This document shows, one piece after another, positions 12,292 through 24,485 of a DNA stretch of 64,000 nucleotides (its first letter is position 1; every line of letters begins with the position of its first letter). The notes beneath the pieces were generated by a model, which ran no database searches, had not been told where the DNA came from, and saw only the letters and a list, made by a program, of their open reading frames with translations. The position numbers and the translations under genes were made by a program. Source of the DNA: Octopus vulgaris (taxonomy: Eukaryota); assembly GCA_951406725.2 (NCBI GenBank), contig OX597822.1:109430001-109494000 (forward strand), written 5' to 3'.

Positions 12292-13865
12292 CTATATGTT
12301 TGACTTTTGCTTTGTATTTGTATAAGTTGGCTCCAAATCTCACCCAGAGACTTCAAGAGGTAACAAGTTAGAAGTTCATGTCGGTGTTACGTCAAGGGTG
12401 TCATATATTTGGTTTTGCAGAGGATGTTTAAGAAAACATACGAAAATTATGAGTCTGTTTTAAAATTTAAGATTACATAGAGAGTATTTTACATAGGATA
12501 TGGGCCGTTCCCATGAGCAGGATCTTTAGAATTTCTTACATTTTGATGTTTCATTGTATCTGAGCTAGGTAGCAATCAGCCCCTTTTGCTATAATTCCTA
12601 GGGTACCTATGGCAACAGTTATTGTTTTAGCCATTTCTATTTGCCCGTATTTTCTATTTGCTTCATATCCTCCCTAGATGGTGTCGCTAGCCCATCCATA
12701 CATTTAATATTGCATTTCTTCAAGACTAACAAACCACACGTTTTTTGTTCGAACTCCATTCTGATATCAGCACTGAAAGTATGCATTATGTCAACGTGGG
12801 GACAGACTTTGGGATTCATCTTTTATATAAAGTTTGAGGTCATCCATCAATAACAAGTGGTTGACGTTTTGTTGGCAGCTCGTGCATATATACCCTGCCT
12901 ATGCTTTCCTTAGAATCAGTGTTAGTGTTATCATGCGCAGTACAAAGATCAGTGGGGACAGACAGTCCCCTTGTAAGATGCCTCTCCTGATTACTATTGT
13001 CCCTAAACTTCTTCCACATGCTGTGCATTCCGTCTTCCACCTTGCCATACTTTTTCCAAGCAATCCTCCAACGTCCGGTGCAATACCAAATAGGGTCATG
13101 CAGTCCATATCGAAGAATGTGCGATCATATCGTATGCCTGCGATAATTGATCTATGATATCGTTAATTTAGTTTTCCTCCTCGTTCAGTCTCTGAGTACA
13201 GTTTTGTCTCTCAGGTGTCGACCCTTGGTACCTCTGCACCTACGCTTGGACCCCTTCTGCTCACGTGGCAGGAATCGATTTTTTGCTAGAGATGTCCGTA
13301 CGTTGACTCTGCAACTCTTCCAGTGAATAATTTCCACGTAAGTGGCAAACAGGATATCGGCCTGCAAGTGTGTACCGTATTGCCTTTTTCGATGATTTTC
13401 AAGCACAGCACTGTCGTATACATTCTCAACCACTCTGGTGTTACTTGGTTGGTGTTTAATAAGGTGTTGAGTTGTGCAGCTATTCGTGCATCGCATTCAC
13501 CAAATCTTTTGATTCAGTAGCCTTGAACTCCATCTAGTCCTGAGGCTTTCCAGTTGTCCATTTTTTGCTAATTTCCTTCATTTCTCTAACTGAAATGACT
13601 AGGTCTACCTGTTTTGGACAGACTACTGTCTGTTTAAGTTCTTGCAACTATTCAGCATCTTTCTTGTGCTTGTTGTCTTTGCTCCAGATGTCACTCCAAA
13701 ACATGGGACTTGCAATGTTATCTGGTATTCACTTTTCATTTGTGCACTCTCCATTTATTTCTTTGTAGAATCTCTTCTGATCTACCCTGAATAACCTATG
13801 TTGCAAGTATCTCAACCCGCCTGCATTCCTCTTTTCCACCATGGATCTTTGCTTTCGTCACTCCC

Positions 13866-13924
<59 letters not shown>

Positions 13925-14714
13925 TTTACATCAATACTCAAATTTTCTTCTACAACAATACTTGCTGCCTTGATAAAACAATTTGTTTCAGTAATGATTT
14001 TTGTTGCGATGTATTTCAGAATTTCATTCATATCTTTCGTTTCTTGGTTGAAGTTCCACCGACCAACCCTTTTAAGGCTGCATTCACCTGTAGCATTGCT
14101 TTTATTCTGTGGCAGATTGCCTTTTGCCCACCTGTCATGTCACCATTAGTTTTATTGTCTTCTTCCAAACTGTCTATATGTCTCTCATTGAACAAACTGT
14201 TACTGTTCCTTTCTGTTTTCTGCTTTTATCAATAATATCTTAATTTTTATCGTTTCCTCTGCTGCTGTTTTCCAGTGGCCTTCTTTTGATAGCTTCGAGC
14301 TCTTCTGTGAACCTACGAGTTTTTATTCTTATTGCTCTAGCTTGATAATCTCTGTGGGTTGAAACAATCCTCTTTCTCTCCATCGATCATACATACGTTG
14401 TCGGTATTCCCAAATATGAGCACCATTTTCGTCTACAGAGTTGCTCAAGTAGTGACACTACATGACCACAGCATCGACTGGTTTGTTCCATTTACGCCGT
14501 ATGTGCTGGTTCATTGAGGGAAAAGGCAGGCGGAAGCCGGACCAGCAAGTCTGCGCCTGCCGGTTTCAAAACTGTCACCATCAAGGGTCTCAGTTTCATT
14601 AACACCGTTATTCACACTATTTTGTTTTTAATTGCCCCTCATATGAGGTAGCGATTATCAGGTTACGCAATTACCATCGACGAAGACATGATGGGATTCC
14701 AACCGCTTCCTTTC
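12292..14714 (-). mobile_element. Decayed R4/Dong-clade non-LTR retrotransposon with internal deletion
   Basis: RT motifs IRRGILQGDCLSPLIF and LMDDLK. The 3' UTR and C-terminus (12292-12635) are homologous to 15998-16350. Both ends abut (ATT)n; interrupted by (TA)n at 13868-13920. Confidence 0.8.
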
Positions 14715-14752
14715 ATTATTATTATTATTATCACTTATTTCTTTTTTTTTTC

Positions 14753-15116
14753 CTTTTACTTGTTTCAGTCATTTTGACTGCGGCCATGCTGGAGCACCGC
14801 CTTTAATCGAGCAACTCGACCCCGGGACTTATTATTTTGCCGAACCGCTAAGTGACGGGGACATAAACACACCAGCATCGGTTGTCAAGCAATACTAGGG
14901 GGACAAATACAGACACACAAACATACACGCACATACATATATATACATAAATACGACGGGCTTCTTTCAATTTCCGTCTACCAAATCCACTCACAAGGCT
15001 TTGGTCGGCTCGAGGCTATAGTAGAAGACACTTGCCCAAGGTGCCACACAGTGGGACTGAACCCGGAACCATGTGGTTGGTAAACAAGCTACTTACCACA
15101 CAGCCACTCCTGCGCC
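14753..15116 (-). mobile_element. SINE family A
   Basis: Near full-length reverse-complement copy ending ...cagccactcctgcgcc. Confidence 0.9.
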
Positions 15117-15756
15117 TATTATTACTTTCATTTTTACTACGTCATTCTTAATGTCTCCTGTGATACAACATGAGTTTTGGCTAACTGTCATTAACCATTT
15201 CGTGTTACTACTAGACTCCTGGTCTTATCTATTAGCGTAGACAGTTTGATAGAGCACCGCTCCTGTAATTATAAGCAAATAAATGTTACCTAACGAGACA
15301 AAGAAACTACAAAAAAAAAACTAATATCCATCGCTATTTTTTCCGTGGGGTGCTATATATTTATTTAATACCGTGGATGGGGTACATATATGTATATCTC
15401 TTTAATGCTTTTGAGATGAATACTGACAAGTCTTTGTCGTTTGTTTTTATTCGATTCGCTTTTGTTTATGAGTGACTTGTTTATACATTCCCTACTGTGA
15501 TATTGAAATATCAAAACCTGTTCATGTAAAATTGGGGTGTATACGGAGTCAATTAGTTTACGTACTTATGGGTGTGTGAAGTGTATTGAATCACATACAG
15601 CCCAATATGTACTTACTCGGATATAGTTTAACACTTTTAATGTGTCCAACATTTTCAACTACAGTCCACTACATTGTCAGTGTTGCGAGCGTGTTTACAC
15701 GTGTTGTGCATGTGACGGAGATGTCCCACAGTTGATATACATCGTTTCATTCGAAA

Positions 15757-15843
<87 letters not shown>

Positions 15844-15844
15844 C

Positions 15845-15916
<72 letters not shown>

Positions 15917-15926
15917 GTTATTATTC

Positions 15927-15994
<68 letters not shown>

Positions 15995-15997
15995 ATT

Positions 15998-18074
15998 CTA
16001 TGTTTGACTTTTGCTTTATGTCTCTACAAGTTGGCTCCAAGTCTCACCCAGAGACCTCAAGAGACAACAAGTTGGAAGTTCACGTTGTTGTTATGCCTAG
16101 TGTGCCATATATTTGGTTTTGTACTTAGTGTTGTACTAGTGAATGTCTAATACATAAATAAATAAAAAGTTTGTTTTAAACCTTGGGATTACATAGAGAG
16201 TATTTTGCGTAGGATATGAACAGTTCCCATGAGCACTATCTTTTGAATTTCTGCCATTTTGGGGTTTCCTGGTATCTGAGTTAGGTAGCAATCGGCCCAT
16301 TTCGCTATCATTCCCAGGGCACCTATGACAACAGGTATTGTTTTAGTCTTCAGGTTCCACATTTTGCTGATTTCTATTTCAAGATCGTTATATTTGCTCA
16401 GTTTTTGGTAGGTCTTGACAGATACGTTTATATCGATTGGGACAGTCATATCAATGAGGAGGCATGTTCTTTGTCTGAAGTCTTTCAATATGATGTCCGG
16501 CCAATTTGCATCTATCTTTCTGTCAGTTTGAATGGTGAAGTTCCAGAGGAGTGAGATGTGGTCATTTTCAAGCACTGGATGTGGTTTGTGTTCCCACCAG
16601 TTTTTTCATAGGGCAAATCCAAGTTTTTGCAAATTACCCAGTGAATATATTGTGTAGCTCTATCATGCCTGTTGAGGTACTCTGTAGGCGCTAGAAGACT
16701 GCACTTGGAGACAACATGATAAATGGTTTCATTTTGTTGTCGGCATACAAGACATTGTTGGGCTACTGCCGTTCTTTAATATGTTGGCCTGGTAGTTTCT
16801 TGTAGGTAGGCATTGATCTTGAGCTGCTATGATAAACCCTTCTGTTTCAGATTTTAAGCCACAGGCCATTAGCCATTGATGGGTCAGGGCTTTGTCAATA
16901 TCTGCATTATTCGCTCTCCTCGGGTATTTGCCATAGATAGGTTTTTCTTGCCGTTTATCATTCAGAATATCTAAGGCCGCTGTTTTGGCATGGATTTCCA
17001 TGTCCCTAGCTTTTTCTGTGCTTGTTTCTTGTATGCCTATCTCTAATTCCGAAATTTGTTATATTCGGAATTCACTTAGATATTCCTGTGCCTGTTTTGT
17101 TACTGAGTATGATGCTTTCTTGTTTTCACGTTTTGAGACAAGTTTTAACATCCAGTCCTCAGACTTTTTCAGGTAGGTGTCTAGGCCAATTGTAGCAATC
17201 TTCATTGTTATTGCCAGTTGTAAAAGTCCACGGCCTCCCTCTTTTTTTGGCAGATGAAGTCGTTCTGTATCTGGCTTAGGGTGGTGCATTCTATGCATTG
17301 TCAACAGTTTTCTTATTTTTCTGTCGAGCTGACATATTTCAGTAATTGACCAGTTAACAATATTGAAACTGTAAGTCACAACTGGTATGGCTAATGCATT
17401 GATCGCTTCGATCCTGTTTCTTGCATTCAGCTCTGTCTTGAGTATTGCTCTCACTCTTCGATAACATTCTCTCCTGATCCTTTCCTTCATCTCTGAATGC
17501 ATTATTCCGTTCCCTTCAATTACCCCTAGATAATTGTAGCTCTCCGCTGGGTCTAGTTCTTTTATGGCATTCTGCTGGCTAAGGTTAACGTTAGATGTTT
17601 CTGTCATTTTTCCTTTGATAAAGGTAGCTTTTGCACATTTATCGAGGCCGAATTGCATTCTGATGTGGTCACTGAATTGTTTGACTATCGCTAGTAAGCC
17701 CTTGAGTTGTTGGTCATTTTTTGCAAAAAGCTTTAAATCATCCACGTAAATGAGATGATTTATATTTTTATCAAGCATTTTATACCCGTACTGCGCCTCA
17801 TTGAGCAGTTTTGAGAGTGGTATTAAGGATAAACGAAAGAGGAGTGGTGACAGTGAGTCACCCTGGAAAATACCACACGAAATTTTTACATCACCAGCAT
17901 TTAGGGATTCATTGTCACTGTTCAGAGTTAGTGTGGTTCTCCATGAACTCATACTTACAGACAAAAAGTAGGTGCTATCTTATACATTTCCAGGAATTTC
18001 TTAATCCAGCTATGTGGTAGGATATCAAAAGCCTTTTTATAGTCTATCCAGGCTATTGATAAGTTTTTGTGTCG

Positions 18075-18077
<3 letters not shown>
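15998..18077 (-). mobile_element. 5'-truncated R4/Dong-clade LINE (RT, zinc knuckle, restriction-like endonuclease), frameshifted
   Basis: WIDYKKAFD, GIFQGDSLSPLLF, YVDDLK, FGLDKCA, YLG, LKSETEGFIIAAQDQ, C..C...ET..H....C...Y..RHD, PDI...LIDMTVP...K..KY..L. Bounded by long (ATT)n at both ends. Confidence 0.92.
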
Positions 18078-18173
<96 letters not shown>

Positions 18174-18179
18174 TTAATT

Positions 18180-18760
18180 CAAATCGTCATAGTCGCTTTT
18201 ATTTTCTCTTCTTTCGCATTGATCCTGTTGTCACCGGAGCATGCTACTTTCAATTATCATACATGCTTTTTTTCTCATTTGTTCATCACAACAATGTCCG
18301 GTTTCCGATGCCTGGTTGGTTGATAGCACGTGGATCATTGAATCCCATTTTTTTTACTCCTTCCGGAGTTTGATCATACCAAGTCTTTGCTCTTTGTAGG
18401 TCGTGATTCCCACAGAGCTCTCAATGGATCATTCTTGCCACATTGTTATGGCGTCTTTCGTATTAGCGTTGTGCCAATTGCGAGCTTCCGCTAACGTTTC
18501 ACCCTTCTCTATTCCATAACACTTGGTCCTCAGCAGCGCATCTGAGTGTTTCTGTCTCTATCTTCAGATCTCTCCTCCTCATCCATAGCTTCTGGTCCAC
18601 TCTATATCTCTTGACGTTCGCATCTCTTGCAAACTCACTGTACATTTTCCTTTTCTTCCGTGCATTTAGTACCACAATTTTCAGCTTTGATTACGCTGGC
18701 CTTTTTGTGTGGTTCAAGAGTAGCACCACGACGTTTTTTAATGCAAACCTAAGCTGTTTT
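18180..18760 (-). mobile_element. Older R4/Dong-type fragment
   Basis: Minus strand reads LKIETETLRCAAEDQ...QLAQR*YERRHNNVARMIH*ELC...WYDQTPEG. Lies between (ATT)n tracts. Confidence 0.65.
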
Positions 18761-18764
18761 GTTA

Positions 18765-18830
<66 letters not shown>

Positions 18831-18835
<5 letters not shown>

Positions 18836-19442
18836 TAGTTTTATTTTTATAGCGTGCTTTCACTTCACTACCGAGCGCAGCTCTGTGTGCCTTGGGTATG
18901 TGATGTGATTTGTTGTGATGCTCTGATGGTTATTGTATGGAAAATGTTCTGCGTAGGATGTGTGCAGTGCCTAGTAGTGCAATTTTCTGTATGTCATCTG
19001 TGTTTGTAAGTCCTGGTGTTTTTGTTATGTATTTGTCTGAATATTTTTTTATCATGCCTAATGCGCTTACTATGTTAGGAATTGTTTCTGATTTTAGATT
19101 CCACATTCTGGTTACCTCTATTTCCAGGTCTTTGTATTTTGAAAGTTTCTCCATTTCTTTTAGAGACACGTTGTCATCTGCCGGTATTGATACATCAATT
19201 AGAAAGCATTTTTTTCTTCCTGATCTCTGACAACTATATCTGGTCTGTTGGCCTTAATTTCTCTATCTGCGTGTATCGGCATATCCTAGAGTATGGTTGC
19301 TTTCTCGTTTTCTGTGACCTTTTCTGGTGTGTGCCTATACCATCTTTTTTCTGTTGTTATTCCATAATGTTGGCATAGCTTCCAGTGTATGTAGGTTTCA
19401 ACTCTGTCATGTCTGTGAATATATTCCTTCTTAGCCAGGACT
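18831..19442 (-). mobile_element. R4/Dong-type 3' fragment, second subfamily
   Basis: ORF SLKEMEKLSKYKDLEIEVTRMWNLK...LLGTAHILRR plus 3' UTR. (ATT)n on both sides; same family as 37185-37401. Confidence 0.85.
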
Positions 19443-19552
19443 TATTATTATTATTATTTAAAATCTTTATTATAATTATCATTATTATTATTATTATTAG
19501 TAGTAGTAGTGGTGGTGGTGGTAGTAGTAGTAGTAGTAGCAGTAGTAGTTGC

Positions 19553-19586
<34 letters not shown>

Positions 19587-19587
19587 T

Positions 19588-21772
19588 TCCATGCTATTGT
19601 AATAGATATTTTATTGGTTGAACGATATTTCGACAGCAAGCCTGTCTTTGTCAACTACAAAATAAAAAATGATAAAAATTGATAATTATAGAAATTTAAA
19701 TTTAAAGTATGAGCGAGAGCAACTAGCATCCACACGCTGGTGGAATGACATCATCAGCCTTTAAGTTTCAATTAAATTACAGATAAAAAGAATAAGAGAG
19801 AAACAAGTGGAAGATATGAAGAAAAGGAAAGATAAAACGAATATTCCATCAAATAGTTTTGTATACGGGGCATAGTGTTAATAACACGAAAACATATTTC
19901 TCCTCATGCATTTTGAGAAGTGAAAGTGAAGCAGATTCAGAATATTTTCTAAGAATATTCAGCACTTTCATTTTTAGATTTCTTCCGTGGCAAGCTGAAG
20001 GATTTTTTAAAAAAACTGATAAGGAGGAGTCAGAAAACGCTATGCTTACTGAAAATTCAAATGATGATGATCGAATTCGGCATAATTGGATTGAAAAGAA
20101 TCGCAATTGTTAAGCAGATAGAGTTTGGGATAGATGTTCACAAGGACTACGGGAGTTTCTTGAATAACAATAATAAGTGGAAAGAAGTCCTGAATTCACA
20201 TAAAAAATTACAAACTCCGAGATCTAGCTAATACCGATTCTATTGTCATTAAGATGGCAGATAAGGGAGGCGATATCATAATTATGGACAAAAGTGTGTA
20301 TATTTCGGGTTGTGAAGAAGTTTTAAGTGACAAAACTTCATTTGAAGTTTTGTTACTTCCATCTAATTACAGAGAGGAAATTGAGAAAATAATTCTGGAA
20401 ATGGAATAAAAAACTCTTTTTTTAATATGACCAAATCCAGAATTTTACTGTCAGAAAGAAAAAAACACCTATATTTTATAGATTAATTCAATTCTTGCAT
20501 TTCTTTGACTGTTATGCGAAAAAAAAACTATGACTTAAGTCAAACCTAAAATTTACATGTAGTTTTTCACAACCTAGCGTTGTATTTTTACACGCAAAAG
20601 TTACGTTTTCTGGAAGCAGAATAGTGATAGAGTTATTTGCAAGTCCACGTCATCACACATTATCTACACCACCACTCCGATTACTCACCTCATATCATTC
20701 GGTCAAATCCGAAATCTCTACTTTTGAGGATAAAACGGATTTGTTCTAATATAGTTTATTACTGGAAATATGCAAATGCTTCTGTACATCATTATGTCAA
20801 ACTCGGTTACAATGAATCAAGATTAAATGAAATAGCAATGAATTAGCTAAGATTAGCAAATTCAAATATTCAGGAATAGTTTTAGCAAACGCAATACAAT
20901 TGTTGACAAAAATTCCTTTAGTGATTAACTGGCACCAAATTTTCTTTGGCATTTCGAAAGTGCTGCATGAAAGTTACCAGCATGTCGCGAAAAAGTATTT
21001 TCGTTCAAACAGATATTTCCTCGACCTTTGAAGCCTTTAGACGGAATATGAATATATATGAGAATTATTGACCTCTATTTTTGACTCCAATAAAACGAAC
21101 AGTGGAGTATCTACACAATGTATCTTGAAAAACAGCCCCAAGTGAGGTAAACATTGTTCATTGTGCAACAACATGAGTCAAGAGAATTCCATAAAGAACC
21201 ATAACAAAATTATTATGATTTATACTGAATGTAGGATATGTAGAGATTCCAATTTGATGTATGGGGCAGAGTGCACGAAGCATAATTTGATTTATGTTGT
21301 TTGTACAACAGCAGTTCAACAGAACTTGACGAACATTTTGTTTCAAACGGCTGCAATTTTGAAAACGAATTTTGAAAAGTGTATATTCTTGGAAAATATT
21401 CTGAATCTGCTTCACTTCTCAAAATGCATGACAAGAAATATGTATGCGTGCTATTAACATAATGCCCAGGAAGAACTACTGAAATGACAGGAGAAAATCA
21501 TCAAATTTTTACAAATCTGTTTGATTAAATATTCTACTGATTTTTCCTTTTCTTTTTATCTTCCCTCTTTTTATCTGTCTTTTCTCTGTGTTTTTCTTTT
21601 CGCCTGTTATATAATTGAAACTTAAAGACTGATGATATCATTTCATCAACCTGTGGATGCTAGTTGCTCTCGTTCATACTTTAAATTTAAATTTATATTA
21701 ACTTTATATTTTGAACGCGACAAAGACAGGCTTGCTTCAACCAATCTAATATACATATATTGCAATCGCATC
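19588..21772 (+). mobile_element. Decayed Penelope-like element with inverted terminal (pLTR) repeats
   Basis: About 380-400 bp inverted repeats (19588-19970 vs 21375-21772). Internal IVIKMADKGGDIIIMD, YLHHHSDY.PH...PKS...RIKRICSN and CTKHNLIYVVC (GIY-YIG region), with many stops. Confidence 0.85.
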
Positions 21773-21861
21773 ACGCTCTTCGTTTTGTCTGTTTAGCTTT
21801 GTGAAGAGTTACGCCAATCCTTTTAAAATATTATTTTATCATCATCATCATCACCATCAAC

Positions 21862-21893
<32 letters not shown>

Positions 21894-21895
21894 CA

Positions 21896-21970
<75 letters not shown>

Positions 21971-21972
<2 letters not shown>

Positions 21973-22113
21973 GATGGATGAAGTAGAAGATGGATTTGAA
22001 ATAAGACTTCATTCAGTGCGACGTTCGATTCGACTCCTCCTGTGACTTTCCATTATGAGTGGTCTTTGTATTTTGAGAGTTTCTCCATTTCTTTTAGAGA
22101 CACGTTGTCATCT

Positions 22114-22174
<61 letters not shown>

Positions 22175-22198
22175 CATTAATAATATTATTATTATTAC

Positions 22199-22250
<52 letters not shown>

Positions 22251-22340
22251 GATGAATGAAGTAGAAGATGGATTTGAAATAAGACTTCATTCAGTGCGAC
22301 GTTCGATTTGACTCCTCCTGTGACTTTCCATTTTGAGTGG
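21971..22340. repeat. 92-bp direct duplication around a 54-bp LINE piece plus (ATT)n
   Basis: 21971-22062 vs 22249-22340 differ at 3 positions; 22061-22114 matches 19127-19180 with 1 mismatch. Confidence 0.9.
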
Positions 22341-22510
22341 GATGTTGCGCTTCCAATTGCGTTGCATCAAACAGTGTACCCAAGGTCGCCTCAGATACAT
22401 GCCTATATAAAGTGGTATCCTGCTAAATTAACTGTCCTCGCGTTGTTGTGTTTTTTGTGCGTTCTTGTTTGGATTTACTATATATACACATGTATGTATA
22501 AACACCCACC

Positions 22511-22541
<31 letters not shown>

Positions 22542-22683
22542 GCATATATATATATATATATACAGACACACACATACACACACAGAGTAAGATTTATACA
22601 TACACACAGGCTTAGACCGTTTGAGTGTACAGTAGTTTTGCGTTAACAAAAGTACGAAACAGAAGACAACAGAGAAAATTAGA

Positions 22684-23377
22684 GCACGCCCTTTTTTATT
22701 TTATTATTTATTTATTTATTTGCTTTAAATAAGATGTCTCACTGTCGTGGTGTCACTATTTTTTCCTTTGTATTACTATTCAGAAACGCAACAAAGAAAA
22801 TTTGAAATTAATTTTTATTAAGTCATAATTTGACGCTAACCGCATTACTATGAGGTTGCGCATAATACATATCAACAAAAAATATATTTCAAAAACTCCG
22901 ACACACACTATATAATAATTCAGTTAAATATGAAGAAACACAAGATTTTAAAAGAATTAAATGCATGTTTTAAATACTTCACAACACAGAGATAGGTCTT
23001 TGTGTCAACTACAGAATGTGTTACCATCGCACGCCCTTTTTATTTTATTATTTATTTATTTATTTGCTTTAAATAAGATGTCTCACTGTCGTGGTGTCAC
23101 TATTTTTTCCTTTGTATTACTATTCAGAAACGCAACAAAGAAAATTTGAAATTAATTTTTATTAAGTCTTAATTTGACGCTAACCGCATTACTATGAGGA
23201 TGCGCATAATACATATCAACAAAAAATATATTTCAAAAAAGACTCCGACACACACTATATAATAATTCAGTTAAATATGAAGAAACACAAGATTTTAAAA
23301 GAATTAAATGCATGTTTTAAATACTTCACAACACAGAGATAGGTCTTTGCGTCAACTACAGAATGTGTTACCATCGC
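22684..23377. repeat. Tandem duplication of about 345 bp
   Basis: 22684-23028 and 23029-23375 are near identical, with about 5 small differences. Confidence 0.95.
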
Positions 23378-23846
23378 GGGGAAGAAAAACCATAACAAGT
23401 AGTATGTTTTCTGACTAATTTTGTAGCGGCAGAAACAATAGAAACCAGCATAAATTATATAGTAGGACCTTCCAGAATAAGGCTACATACCACACGAATT
23501 AATGTTTATAGAAATTTATTATCTCACAACTTTTAAAACAAATCTGCTCACCAAGATAAAATTTATAAAACTAAAAGTTTAAGTGGTCACTTGTTCTCAC
23601 GTAGGTTTCAAATTTGCAAGCTTGGGCATAAACACAATGGAATATGAAGAAAAATATGCGATATTTTGGAAACGCCTACGGTGGAACTAAACAGAAAGTA
23701 GCGCATATGTGAATATGAGAAAGTATATGCAAAAAGGAGAGAGAAAAATATGATAAAATTTGAACATAGTAGTGCTATCAAAAAGTAATCTGAATTTTTA
23801 TAGATATATATGTCAATGATCATTTCATCACACAATTAAATGGTGT

Positions 23847-24014
23847 CTGAGTTCTAGAATCGTTCTCTTTATAATAGTCATAATTGACAAGAATAAGAAT
23901 AAACACGCTTACCTGTAGATCAGTATAATGTAAGCCACGTTTAATTTCCTGAGTTCTAGAATCGTTCTCTTTATAATAGTCATAATTGACAAGAATAAGA
24001 ATAAACACGCTTAC
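23847..24014. repeat. Perfect 66-bp direct repeat with 36-bp spacer
   Basis: 23847-23912 equals 23949-24014. Confidence 0.95.
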
Positions 24015-24081
24015 ATGCATAGGCACAAAGAGTCTGACACACATATTCACAATATCCCTTGGTTGTACATATGTCTGTATG

Positions 24082-24149
<68 letters not shown>

Positions 24150-24253
24150 TATATACATATATATATTTATATGTATATATATATGTATATATATGTATAT
24201 ATATGTATATATATATATATATATGTATGCATATATATATGTGTGTGTGTGTA

Positions 24254-24303
<50 letters not shown>

Positions 24304-24444
24304 CCTCTGCATGTGTGCACGTGTGTGTGTGTGTAAATATCTACAGACATAAATGTGAATCTATATCTGTATGTTTTAGCTCAGTGCTGCCTATCTGCTC
24401 CATTGTGCATCAGTCTGTGTGTTAGCGTGCGTATGTGTGTGTGA

Positions 24445-24485
<41 letters not shown>

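Noticed and set aside
17059-17964. 301-aa RT ORF as a functional gene or retron-like system
   Set aside because: It is part of a 5'-truncated, frameshifted LINE copy.
23847-24014. Repeat-spacer-repeat resembling a mini CRISPR
   Set aside because: Only two 66-bp repeats, no cas genes, and an animal intron.
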